Positions 50,046 to 62,154 of a DNA stretch of 64,000 nt are shown in pieces (position 1 is the stretch's first letter; each line of letters starts with the position of its first letter). A program made the translations under genes and the position numbers. The notes beneath the pieces are model-generated. The model searched no databases, was not told where the DNA came from, and was given only the letters and a program-made list of their open reading frames with translations. Source of the stretch: Octopus bimaculoides (lineage: Eukaryota); contig NC_068989.1 in assembly GCF_001194135.2 (NCBI RefSeq), forward strand, positions 39,244,642 to 39,308,641, written 5' to 3'.

Positions 50046-50414
50046 ATGCTGTAACCTTTTAATCAAAGCATGACAATGTGGGTAGAGGCTGATATCTTAA
50101 CATTTCTGATGATCTTAAGTATAAAAAAAATTAAGATTTATATAGAACTACATTCAGAGTATGTCTATAAGCTATTGTGTTTAGACATGCTTTCTTTTCT
50201 CAGACTGTTCCAATTTGCAGATGCAATTTTTTTTTTTTAATAAAGCACTCCGAAATTAGAAAAATCAAAAATCTGCAACAATCTCGGTCCCATGAGTATC
50301 GGATAATGGATTTTCACCAGTGTAAAGAAACTGATTGTGGTGATCGTAGTTTTGACGGTGATTTTGGTGAAAGCAGAGACAGTGTTGATGATGACGATTG
50401 TCAAGATAAGTATG

Positions 50415-50520
50415 TGAGGAGGTTATGTTTTTACCAGCATTGGTTTGGGAAATTGGGCGATTTTCAGCATGCGTGTATATGGGTGGCGATGAGCTGCTTG
50501 GCGGAGGTCTGCACTCTCTC
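50415..50520 (+). mobile_element. Miniature HINE (about 105 bp)
   Basis: ggaggttatgtttttacc...gagctgcttggcggaggtctgcactctc. Confidence 0.5.
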
Positions 50521-50544
50521 CACATATATAAAGACATAAATATA

Positions 50545-50870
50545 TAACCAGTGTTGGTGTGTTTACATCCCCATATCTTAGTGATTCAGCAAAAGTGACT
50601 GCTAGCAGGCTGAAAATTATAAGTACTGGGTTTGATTTGTTTGACTAAAATTCTTCAAAGTGGTGCCCCAGCATGGCCACAGTGTAATGACGGAAACAAG
50701 TAAAAGACGAAAAAAAGGTTACTTCTCTCAGTTTTTGTCTTTCAAACTCACTTGCATGCAAGACTGGTTAACAACTGGGCTACTGTAGAAGACACTTGCC
50801 CTAAGCATTGTGCAGTGGGATTTGAACCTGAAACCACAAAGTTGGCAAGTGAACTTCTTAGTGATATACC
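50545..50870. mobile_element. SINE B tail (+, 50545-50715) and SINE B head (-, 50735-50870)
   Basis: ccagcatggccacagtgtaatgacggaaacaagtaaaag; agaagacacttgccctaag..gggatttgaacctgaaacc. Confidence 0.65.
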
Positions 50871-52159
50871 CATGTGTTTATATCATATTATATTGTGTTA
50901 TATTATATTATATTATATTACATTACACTATTAATTTGCTGGTTGCTCAAGTTGGAGAAAGACTGTTTTGCAATTTCTTACTGAAAAACCTACACAGATG
51001 AGTTGCTTATTGTGATCAAATGTTTATGCTACACATTAGTTCACTCCTTCCATCAAATTGATATCGCCTGTACAGGTGCACTGTGTGTCACACTCAGATG
51101 TGTGTGTGTATTTATACACGTGCATATATGTATATAAATTTATGTATATTCTCTCTCACACACTCTCTTTCTCTAACATATATGCATATACGTATTAAAG
51201 TTGGAGGGGCCTTGTGTGTCTCTGTGTGTGCATGAGCATGCACATAAGTATGTATGTGTATTCTGGGATAATTGTAACCAGCAGCTCTTTGTTTTCACAT
51301 ACAGTAGTATCAATACATCAGTCTGCTATTTCAGTTTCTATGCTTCATCTGATAATCTGTCTTTATTTCTATATTTCCCTGCTGCTGGTTAGTTTGGGAA
51401 GTTTTCAAATGAAAACGTAAATTGAATTTAGTTTCAAAGATATCTAATTATAACATCAAATGACAAACTTGGCCAGATGAAAAGAGTGACACCTGGATAT
51501 TCTTTCAAGCGAAAAGTGGAAACTTTCTGAATGTCATATGCGGGGAGTCTGTGAATACTTTGTGTGTCATAAAAGTTTAAAGGTGATTTTATCAGAGAAA
51601 CAGTTTGTGATTGATGAATGCACTAAGACTCAGTGATTTTTAAATCAAAGTGATGCATTAGAATCCTTATGTGAAGTATATCAAGAGGAGCCTAACTCCA
51701 GTGTAATTCATATGCCTTTAGCCTTTAGGGTAACTTCTATCTAGTAAAGGACTTGATAGAAATTGTAATTTAATCTCACATAAACCACATGTTGCAATCT
51801 TGAAAGAAAAAAGGCAATGTTACATTATATATTGCAGATATAGATAAAAGATGGAATGGTCTTAACTACAAGGTCATTTTCTTCTATCATTTCATCAGAG
51901 AATGAAGAACAATGCCCAAGACTATATTTTTTCAGGATCTCTAAGACTGGTCAGGTTCAGTGGTAAGTTATCCACAAACTGGAGACCTGATCTAAATGCT
52001 TGCAACAAGGTTGACTCAACATGGAGTACCAAATATCCAGGATTTATGTTAATCTGAATGATGGTTTAGACTAACAACACAATGACTCAAGACACAAAAC
52101 AGTTGGAACAAACAGCACAAGGCATCTTGTTTAATCCCTTCACTTATCCACAATTCTCG

Positions 52160-52285
52160 ATGGTATCTTATTTTATCAATCCCACATGGATGAAAAACAA
52201 ATTTAAACTCAACAGGATTTGAACTCAGAACACAAAGAGTTGAAACAAATACCACAAGGCAATTTGGTTCTAAACTCTAAAAACT
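52160..52285 (-). mobile_element. SINE A fragment
   Basis: ggtatcttattttatcaatccc..ggatgaaa..tttgaactcagaac. Confidence 0.55.
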
Positions 52286-53036
52286 TTTATTGGAGGTATT
52301 CTGATCTTTTATTTCAGACATCATCTACTAAATCTACAGTATCCAATAAAATAAGGGAAAAACTTTAAGCAGTCATACACTTTCTAAAACTAGCAGCAAA
52401 TCTCCCTCAAATCATAGCTGGCCCTCTTATTAAAGAAAAGACACCTTTCACTATGTAGTCCGAGAGACCCTTAAGAAATAACATTGATATCAAGCTTACC
52501 TATGGCTAAACAACAACCAATATGCTTTCAGTATATATTACTAGTATATAGAAAGTATTGCTAGTTCAACATGAAAAGATCTGAAGTGACAATATTGAAC
52601 TCATTAGTGTTTGTAGAGTTACCACAACCCACACCCTGTAGCAAAGAAGATGATAGAGAAATGCTTTAACTCTAATGATTGACACAACATTATTACATGC
52701 TTGGATTGATAGAGTGACGCATAAGAGAACTGATTTATAAGAATGTTAAAACTGATGGATGTAAAAATTGTATATAGAATCACTGCAAAACTAATACAAT
52801 GTATCTTTGCTTTGGTTTAAGTGCATTTTGAGTGTGTGCCAGAATGTGAAATCACTGATGTCATATCTTTCGAAAATAATGACACATATATCATCATGGA
52901 ACATGTAAGAGCTTGGCTTGAGAATGAATAAGTTCACTTAGTGAAAATGTTACACTTCACAGATACAGAAAATGATAGAATAGAAAGACAAGCATATATA
53001 TAGATATATATAAGCACATATGTACGTATATATGTA

Positions 53037-53084
<48 letters not shown>

Positions 53085-53085
<1 letters not shown>

Positions 53086-53328
53086 GTGTATAAGGGATGA
53101 CCACTAGGTGGACATCCATTATGCTAGAAAGAGGTCATCAACAACCCAACCACAAAGAAAAAACTGCGGTACACAACTAATTCTTTATTCTGTATATTTC
53201 TCATTTTGTCTTGTTCTGGTGTTTTGCGAAGTTTTTTCTGGAGAACATTATTTTTCTTTGTGGTTCGGTTGTTGATGACCTCTTTCTAGCATATTGGACA
53301 CCCACCTCGTGGTCATCCCTTATACACG
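53085..53328. mobile_element. MITE with 78-bp TIRs, inserted at TA
   Basis: 53085-53162 versus reverse complement of 53250-53328: 6 mismatches; left flank is (TA)n. Confidence 0.85.
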
Positions 53329-53501
53329 TGTAATACAATTTTTTCTGAATTTTCAGATTTTTTTATATGCTAGGCCACTTGATTTTAAATTGAAATAATA
53401 TTCAATTTATCACCCTATATATATAAATAATAATTTATATATATATATACACATACATGTATGTGTGTGTATATATATACACACATACATATATGTGTGT
53501 G

Positions 53502-53549
<48 letters not shown>

Positions 53550-53625
53550 ATTTACTATTCCATTAAGGTAGTATCAACAAAAAAAGTAAACCAGCCAATG
53601 AGAGATAAATATAATTTAATGTACA

Positions 53626-53764
53626 CAGTATATAAATAAGAGCTACTGTTAGTTTCTTGCTACAGAGACACTGAAATTAGATAGATTAGAAAATTCATAT
53701 AAACCTGCCTAATCTCAGTGTCTGTATGGCAAGAAACTATTAATAGCTCTTATTTTAAATACTG
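53626..53764. mobile_element. Small MITE/hairpin with ~55-bp imperfect TIRs, CAGT..ACTG ends (Tc1-like)
   Basis: cagtatataaataagagcta..cactgaaattag / ctaatctcagtg..tagctcttattttaaatactg. Confidence 0.75.
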
Positions 53765-54219
53765 AGAACATTAAATGATGTGTGTGTGTGTGTGTGTGTT
53801 GTATGTACCTGGTAATAAGTTGTTGATGAAGGTTTTACATTATCAAGATTAAATGTTTTGGTATATATTCACCACAAGGTCATAAGTTCAAACTGAAGCT
53901 AAAGTCACTTAGTAGCTATTTTATTAATTCGTTTTCTATCATACATGTTTTTGAAATGCAGTAGCATTCATTGCATGTTTCTTACATTAATTATTGATCT
54001 ATGAGTATTTTATGATGATAAGAGTAACACATTAGGGTGGAACAAATATCACATGGAACATTTATCAAAAATACCAGTTTATGAATATTCTCACTAATGT
54101 CAATTCTGTATGCATTGCTCATCATCTTCTCATTTCTTCCAGTAAGGATAACCATGTATCTCCTCTACTTCGAGACACCTGTTTTTTCTCTCCATCATAG
54201 TCTAACCTCTCATCACCTA

Positions 54220-57200
54220 GCACGTTATCGAGAATTTTCAGTGAAAGAAGTTCCCTGTTCAATACTTGTTGGCAGTGTTTAAATTTAGTTAAAAAAGATG
54301 ATGGAGATTTCATCACCCATGCTGAGGTCATTAACAGAGAGTGTGAAAAATTCAAATTAAATGAATCCACCCCAGATTTCTTCAAATGTCTAATTTTTGT
54401 TCAAGGGTTAACAGCAAGAAAAGATGCTGATATACATTCCCATATATTAACAAAATTAGAACAGGACCAAAAATTAACTCTACAGGCAGTAACTGAAGAA
54501 TGCCTAAGGATTATAAATTTAAGACATGACACAGATAAGATTGAAGAAAAAGATTGCTCTCAGATACATGCATATCGACCTGAAACAGATAAGAAAAAGG
54601 AAAAACTGAACGTCAAGACCAAATCCATGCTATGGGTGCTGAGGTTTACATTTTAGAATTGTCCTTTTAAAAATCATAAATGTTTTGAATATTGAAAAAT
54701 TGGACCTAAAAGCTCACATTGTATAGCGAAACAGAAAAAAGGTTCAAACAAAAACAAATTCTAGAAAGAATGTATTGTTAACAAAAATTCTAAGCGGGGC
54801 TCAGAAAAGAAAATTTGTGTTCATAAAAATGAATAATGTGAATATCAAGTTACAATTGGATACGGGCAATGATATCACGATAATTAATACAGATACATGG
54901 AGAAAATAGGGAAACCAAGATTAAAGGAAACTTTGAAAATTGCATGAGGTGTTTCAGGAAAAAAATTGCATTTTATGAGTGACATTATAAGTAATGTTAC
55001 ATTTAATGGAAAAACCTTCAAATACGACAAATGTTTTTGGAACAGTTTGGATAGAACTATTTAACTTATGGGACCTCCCTATAAATATTTTTTGTGAAAA
55101 TTAGAATCGTTCTTTCACCAGTAAAAATAAGGTGTCGGAGGATTTTTTAAAAAAAATTTTTTTAAAATTTTCATGAAGTTTCTTTTGATGAATTGGGTCT
55201 TTGCACTAAAACAGAGGTGAAGTTTCAAGTGAAAGAAAATACTGTACAGGATTTTAAACCAAAACAAATGGTACCTTTCACAGCATTGAAACAAGTCAAC
55301 GAAGAATTGGATAGACTTGAAAAGCTTGGCATTATTGAAAAAATTGATTACACAAAAATGGGCATCCCCAACAGATTATGTCAAGGAAAAAATAAAATCC
55401 GAGTATGAGCTGATTTTTCAATGGGATTAAATGAATGTTTGATGCCATATAATTACCCATTACCAAGTCTGGAGGAAATTTTCACGAAGTTGCATGGAGG
55501 AAAATTTTTTTTCAAAGTCGAACCTATCTGAAGCATATCTGCAGGTAAAAGTCGATGAGGAATGTTCAGAATTATTGACAATAAATACCCATAAAGGGTT
55601 GTATAAATTTAATCGACTCCTCTTTGGTATAACGGTAGCACTTAGTATTTTCCAACAAGTTATGGACATTATGTTTGTAGGTTCAGATTTCGCTGTAGCT
55701 TAGCTTGACGACATACTCATAAAAAGTGAATCTCAGGGTCAGCATGCTGAGCATGTTAAAAAGGTCTTCCAAAGAATAAAAGATTATGGGTTTAAGCTCA
55801 GTGAGGAAAAGTGTGAATTTTTTATACCAAGAATAAAATATCTAGGGCAGATTATTGATGAAAATGGACGCAGACCAGACTCATCTAGGGTGAGTGCAAT
55901 AAAAAATATGCCTCCCCGACAAACATTACAACATTACAAGCATTTTGGGGGCTCTGAAATTACTACCAGGTATACATACCGAATATGCATGATTTAAGAG
56001 CACCCCTGAATAATTTGTTAAAAAAAGACGTTACATGGAACTGGTAGGATAAATGCGAGAAAGCTTTTGAAGACATTAAAAATGTCTTAATGTCAGAATT
56101 GTCATTATCACATTTTGACCCAAGTTTAGAAATAGCAGTGGCAGCAGATGCTAGTGAAAGTGGTATCGGAACTGGGATTTTACACAAATATGAAGATGGT
56201 AGCCTGAAAGCAGTAGTTCATGCTTTACATTTGTTATTGCTGGCTGAGAAAAGTTACAGTCAAATAGAAAAAGAGGCATTAGCCATCATATTTGTGGTAA
56301 AAAAATTTCCATAAATTTATACATGGAAGAAGGTTCCATATGCAGACAGACCACTGCCCATTATTGTCGATCTATGGATAAAGAAAGGGTATCTCAATAC
56401 ATACAGCCAACAAATTGCAGTGCTGGGGAATGATCTTACTGAATCATGACTTCAAAATGAAGTATATGCCATCAAAAAAATTGGGACAAGCAGATGGTTT
56501 GTCAAGGTTAATACCAAAATACAGTGAATCACTAGAAGACACAGTGATAATGACATTAAAAACCGGAAATGAAATAAAAAATATATTGTGCAGTGTTGTG
56601 CATGAATTGCCTGTGACATTGTAGGAAATAAAAATTAAGGCAGAGATGGACAAGTTTATCATAAAAATGAAAAAATAGTGAGATCAGAAGAAACAAATAA
56701 AAAATAACGTGTGGCTGGATGTAACACAGTTTTGAATTTGTATTCAATATGTGATAATGTGCTTATGTATGCACAGAGGGTTGTAATGCCTACCTCACAA
56801 CACGGTCAAATGTTAAAGGAATTCCACACTGGACATCCAGGAATTTCTAGGATGATGTCACTTATGAGGAGTTATACTTACTGGTCAAAAATGGATCTAG
56901 ATGCTGAGAAGTTGGTAAAATCCTGCAGATGTTGTGCTCTTGCAGTGAAATCACCACCTATAAAATTTCAACCATGGCCCAAGACCGATATTCCATGGTC
57001 CAGACTACACATAGACTCGCAGGACTGTTAAACTGATCATATGATCTAATAGTGGTAGATAGCTTTTCAAAATGGCCAGAAATGTGTAAATGTAGAAAAC
57101 TGACATCCAGGGAAACAGTGGAATTTCTACATGAACGTTTTGCTAGATATGGTGTCGTGGATACCATAGTCTCTGATAACGATACACAATTCACAGCAAA

Positions 57201-57870
57201 TGAATTTAAGAATTTTTGCAAGATGTATTCCATTGAACAAATGACTGCTCCTCTGTATCACCCAGGATCAAACGGGCAAGTGGAAAGGTTTGTGGATACA
57301 TTTAAAGGAGCATTGAAGAAATTAAGAAATGAGCTAGTTGTTGATGCAGCATTGACACAATTTTTGAGGGTTTATAGAATAACTCCAAACCCAAATGCTT
57401 TTTCAGGCAAGTCACCTGCTGAACTAATGTTTGCTCAAAAAATAAAGTCAATTTTCGACAAACTGTTACCAGTAAGAAAAACAAATTGGGAAAACATTAA
57501 ATATACGACAAAGCATTTTAATATTGGTGACAAGGTGTTTTTCAAAATATATAGAAATGTAAGATAAGGTGGGGAAGGTGGAGTAGTGACAAAGAGAATA
57601 TGAAAAATGATGTATGATAAGAGGCAAAAAAATGGAAACACAAAAGACATTTAAACAAGCTAAAAAATAATTATACAGAAAAAAGAAAAGAGATACTCAT
57701 GGAAGTGTCCTATAAAATAGGTGTTATTTCACTGTTGTCAATGCACTTGACACCCCAACTACTACAATAAAAGGCTCACTATCTATTCATGGTTCAAGCA
57801 ACACAAGAAAGAGGAAACAAACAGAATGGTTGGAAGTAGTGCCCAAATGGAAGAAATATTAAACTTCCCT
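54220..57870 (+). mobile_element. Ty3/Gypsy (Mag-like) gag-pol pseudogene, 5'-truncated
   Basis: gag FSERSSLFN..ECEKFKL..two decayed CCHC knuckles; protease LDTG (54856); RT YPLP, *LDD (55701); RNase H ADASE..YSQIEKEALAI; integrase HTGHPG..CRCC, LHID, DSFSKWPE, VSDN, YHPGSNGQVERF. Many stops and frameshifts. Confidence 0.95.
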
Positions 57871-59331
57871 AGGAGGAAAATCTCAGAAAAGGGAGATGTG
57901 ATGAAAGAAGATTAAATAAAAATAATAATATTAACTTCCAGTGGAAGTCAATCTCAAAGGAGGAGATGTGGTGAGAGTCATTGACACCCCTGGGAGATTG
58001 GAAGAATGGACTAGCCGAACTCTTATTAAGAGTAGCGTATTGGCTGAGACAGTGGTCAGTAGGAGTCAATGAGAGCCGTTTTGGAGTCTCATGAAGTATG
58101 TCATGTGAACACATTGATTTTACCTCCATATCGTTAAATTATATATCCAACGTATGTCTAGGATATAAAAGGAACCATATCCTAGATGAGACAGTGGAGC
58201 ATAAAGTAGTCATCTGATACATCAGATCCTATGAAACCATCCAAACCATGTGAGCATGGAGAGAAGACATTAGTTTATGATGATTCTAAAGGTGATGATA
58301 ATGATGACAATGATATATCATCATCATTTTAGATATGCTTTCCTTGTTAAATTGGTTTGGATGGTTTGTCACTACGCATGTCAACTCTTATTGGAATTAT
58401 TGGAATCAGATGGGTCAGAGAATCAGATCACATTTGTTTTATTTTTGGCTTCATTTTCATGACAGGATGCACTTCTTGTCACTTACCGCTTGACAGAATG
58501 TATTGGGTGATTTTATTATGGCACCAGCACTAGAGAGGTTGCCAATTCCTCAAGAAGACAGGTTTTCTTGGATTCTCCCTATCTTAATACACTTTCTCTA
58601 TTTATTCACTAATCACTTTTGCAGAGTGTACTGAATGCATTTTATCATAGTACCAGTACTGTGTACTAACTCACATACACACCCAGCTGTAAAGAGTCTC
58701 CACTACTTTATGACATGAATTTTAGCTCAAAGCGACGTGACCACGAGGGGTGAATAAGGGAGAGAGCAATGATAGAAGAAGGGCCAGAGTGAGTGGGTGG
58801 AGGGAGAAAGCGCATAATAGTAGAAATGAGTGGTTAAGATGAGAAGAGAGAGAATGAAGAGTAATAGTAGAGGGGTAGACAATAGTAAGAGATGAGTGAT
58901 AGAGATATGTCAGGGAGATGAGTTATGGGAAGATGAGAGAATATCACACATGCGAGAGCAGCAGTAGATGTTGACTTGACATTAGATATATCATGTCGCT
59001 CAGCTTCCATCCATACTACCATTTGTTAAACTTGAATTTGTGCATTGATATATCTGTGTAAATGTACATTGGAAAAGATTCTCTCACTTGAAATCTGGTC
59101 ATGTTTTTTTTTTCTAATTGCCAATTTAACAACTCTAAACAGTGTGGTACTTGTGTTGCACAAGCATTTGTCATGATGAAATTTAAAGCACAGGCACTAT
59201 TTACATTTTTTCTTTTTTTTATCTCATGTCAAGACTTGGCTTTGTTTGAACCATGAATAGATAGTGAGCCTTTTATTGTAGTAGTTGGGGTGTCAAGTGC
59301 ATTGACAACAGTGAAATAGCACCTATTTTAT
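57712..59331. repeat. 90-bp inverted duplication (57712-57801 and 59242-59331)
   Basis: 88 of 90 positions identical on base-by-base comparison. Confidence 0.95.
57885..58250 (+). mobile_element. Polypurine tract(s) and probable 3' LTR of the Mag-like element
   Basis: agaaaagggaga|TG (57897) and aaaggaggaga|TG (57967); TATAAAA at 58164. LTR end not resolved. Confidence 0.55.
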
Positions 59332-59552
59332 TGCAGTGGAAGGTGTTGTGTAGCTGGGAGTTGCTGAGATTCACAAGTCAACCATACAGCTGTGTCCTTT
59401 ATTGAAGTGGCATTGGTGTCTCAGAGATGGAGTCATCATGGCACCTTGTGGAGAAGAGGCGCTACATCTGTAATTTTAGTGCAAAAGATGATCATATTTG
59501 ATAACAACTTGACAGTTATTGTGTGTGTGTGTGTATATATTTTTTTTTTTCA

Positions 59553-59891
59553 TTTGTTTCAGTCGTTTGACTGTGGCCATGCAGGAGCACCATCTTTAGT
59601 CGAACAAATCGACTCCAAGACCTATTCTTTGTAAGCCTAGAACTTATTCTATCGGCGTCATTTGTCAAACTGCTAAGTTATGGGGATGTAAGCACACCAA
59701 CATCGGGTGTCAAGCGATGGTGGGGGGACAAACACAGACAGACACACACACACACACATATGATGGGCTTTCAGTTTCCTTCTACCAAATACACTCACAA
59801 GGCCTTGGTTGGCCCGAGGCTGTAAAGACACTTGCCCAAGGTGCCACGCAGTGGGACTGAACTTGGAACCGTGTGGTTGGTAAGCAAGCTA
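59553..59891 (-). mobile_element. Near full-length SINE B
   Basis: Colinear with 42411-42791. Confidence 0.88.
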
Positions 59892-60436
59892 CAGATGCAA
59901 ATATGAAAAAAATAATGAGGAACAGATGTCAGAAGTGTTAATAAGTTCTTCCTTGAATAGATATTCTGTTATACATTGGAAACAGACAAAGAAATAGTTG
60001 ATATATTCAAGTCAGTAATACATCATTGTTTTATTGTTATTTATTATAGTTTATTTTATTCACTCTGCAGGAATCAAACTCAGAAACGTGTAAGAATGAA
60101 TTAAGTGTTGTAAAATATTTTAGTTTAGCTGGTTGTCATTTCTACTAACAACACATCTCTAACTCTTGGAAATAAATAATAAAATATTAGCAGAAGGCGT
60201 ATGAAGACAGAGGCCAATGACACACAAGTTATGCAAGAAACAAAAATCTTTCAAATCTATAGAAAATGGTGTATTGACTGACTGCCAGAATATATTGATT
60301 TTCAGAAATAAAAGAAAAAAAAAACTATTTATCTTCTTAACAATAAAAGTCTAAACTAATCTTTACATTGTTTTATATTTCCTTCAAATTCATTCTATAT
60401 ATATATATAAATTTCTATATTTGGTTTCATTTCTAG

Positions 60437-60492
60437 ATATTTCAGCCGGAAGACAGGACTACACTTCTTCATGATTTATCCTGTATGGCCAG
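60437..60492 (+). CDS. Internal coding exon of an M1-family aminopeptidase (APN/ENPEP/ERAP-like C-terminal domain)
   Basis: Acceptor tttggtttcatttctAG, donor AG|GTAAAG; 56 nt, phase 0 to 2; translates IFQPEDRTTLLHDLSCMA(R/S), fitting the DRxxLIxDAFxLAR motif. As recalled, vertebrate ANPEP/ENPEP have an exon of the same size and phases here. No neighbouring exons found. Confidence 0.6.
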
Positions 60493-62118
60493 GTAAAGTT
60501 TCCAAAATATTTTTATAACATTCCTAAAAAAAAGAACAATCTCTTAATCTGAGCTGCTTACATCTTTATTATCAACGTTGCTTCAGTTTATATTTCAATA
60601 ATGACAGTGTTGTAGCAAATAACGTTTTAGTTGTTTCCCATTGACTTTGCATAAACAACTTATTGATTCATTTTTCATATTGTTTTCTACCATGCCTAAA
60701 AATGTGGGATAAAAGAATTGAAATCCAAAATATTGTGAACACAGGATTTATTTCTCTTCCTAAAATATCTATGTATTATGATGCTCCATGAATCAGAATA
60801 TTTTGTATTGTGCCCTCTAATTAAAATGTATGGACTGATAAATATATATAGTCTACATATGTTTTTTTAAATATATTTGTCTCCCAGCATTGTTAAAGTT
60901 ACTGGAAGAGCACTAAAAGTATATGTCGTATGATACCGATATATACACAGTCCCTTGCTTGAAAAACGGATAAGGTTTAGAAACCAGAAGGGCAACTAGC
61001 TGTAAAACCAATGCTTCAACAATATATATTTATTTAACACAGGGCAACATGGTAATTCAGATATAAAATGAGTGAGCATTTATACAAATTCAAATGTGAG
61101 TTACAGAAAGAATAAGTTATTTTGAATCCTCCTTACTGTTGAAACCACATGCTACTTTTCAGGGATATGATTTTTCATTGAAGAATTCTTTTAATTGGAT
61201 TGAAGAATTCTAATAATGATACAATTCCAGCTAATAAGTTTTACCTATTTTGCATGTACTTTTCTATAAGTAAAATATTGTTTCATATTTTGTATTATTG
61301 CATTTTGGGTTGGTTCTCTCTCTTTTTTTTTTCTTACCAAATAAACACATGCACTATATATTCATTCTTCACTTGTTTATTACTATTCTTATTGTAATTC
61401 ATCTCCATTGTCCAGAAATCTTTCGCCATACATCTGTGACCTCTTCAGCAACACTTTCCATTCTCGTGTGTGCTCTTGCTCAGCTTAGTACCGAAGAGAT
61501 TTGAAACAAAAGAATTGAAACTGAAAATGTCCTGTATACATTTGTTCAGTTTTAGATTCAATTTTCTATGCTATCATAGGTTAGATGAATATACACTATT
61601 GCAGCATTACTTTACTACTGGCTGACTGCCCTTCCTATTGATAATCTTTATCTGCTTTTCAAGTAAGAGGCAGATCTCACACATTTTTGAAAGCACAGAA
61701 CCTACTGATTTGTTGGCAGGGAACAGAGATTTTTCGTGTACAGCACAAGAATGAAAACATTTGCACAGATTTACACACCTACTCAGCTACACACCCGTAT
61801 ACATAATAGTCTTCTACTTAATTCATTCTAATTGTGAAGTGTAATGGATCCATTTCATTATAGCATTGACACCAGAGAGATAGTCATGTCCTCAACAAGG
61901 CTGAAGAGTTCACTCTTACCTACATATCTCCATTTCTTTGCCAACCACTTTATAAAATATATTCATTGTATTTTCGCTTAGCATTTTGGCTTTGAGAGAT
62001 TGCTTTGATTTGTGGATGACTGAAAAGTTTGCACTATATTTTGTCACTTGTTCAATTCATATGTGAGCAAGAAGATTACTAGAAGATAGAGCAGCAAACA
62101 AAAGAGTAACAGAAGAGC

Positions 62119-62154
<36 letters not shown>

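Noticed and set aside
50106-50136. CTGATGA followed by a 6-bp stem
   Set aside because: No GAAA after the stem and no stem III or cleavage triplet, so not a hammerhead.
51375-51425. Possible hammerhead remnant (ctggttag-tttg..caaat-gaaaacgta)
   Set aside because: At least three core deviations and no clear stem I; cannot be separated from chance by eye.
60430-60480. Minus-strand catgaaga..ctgaaatatc as a hammerhead
   Set aside because: No stem I and only 2 bp of stem II; the plus-strand exon explains the sequence better.
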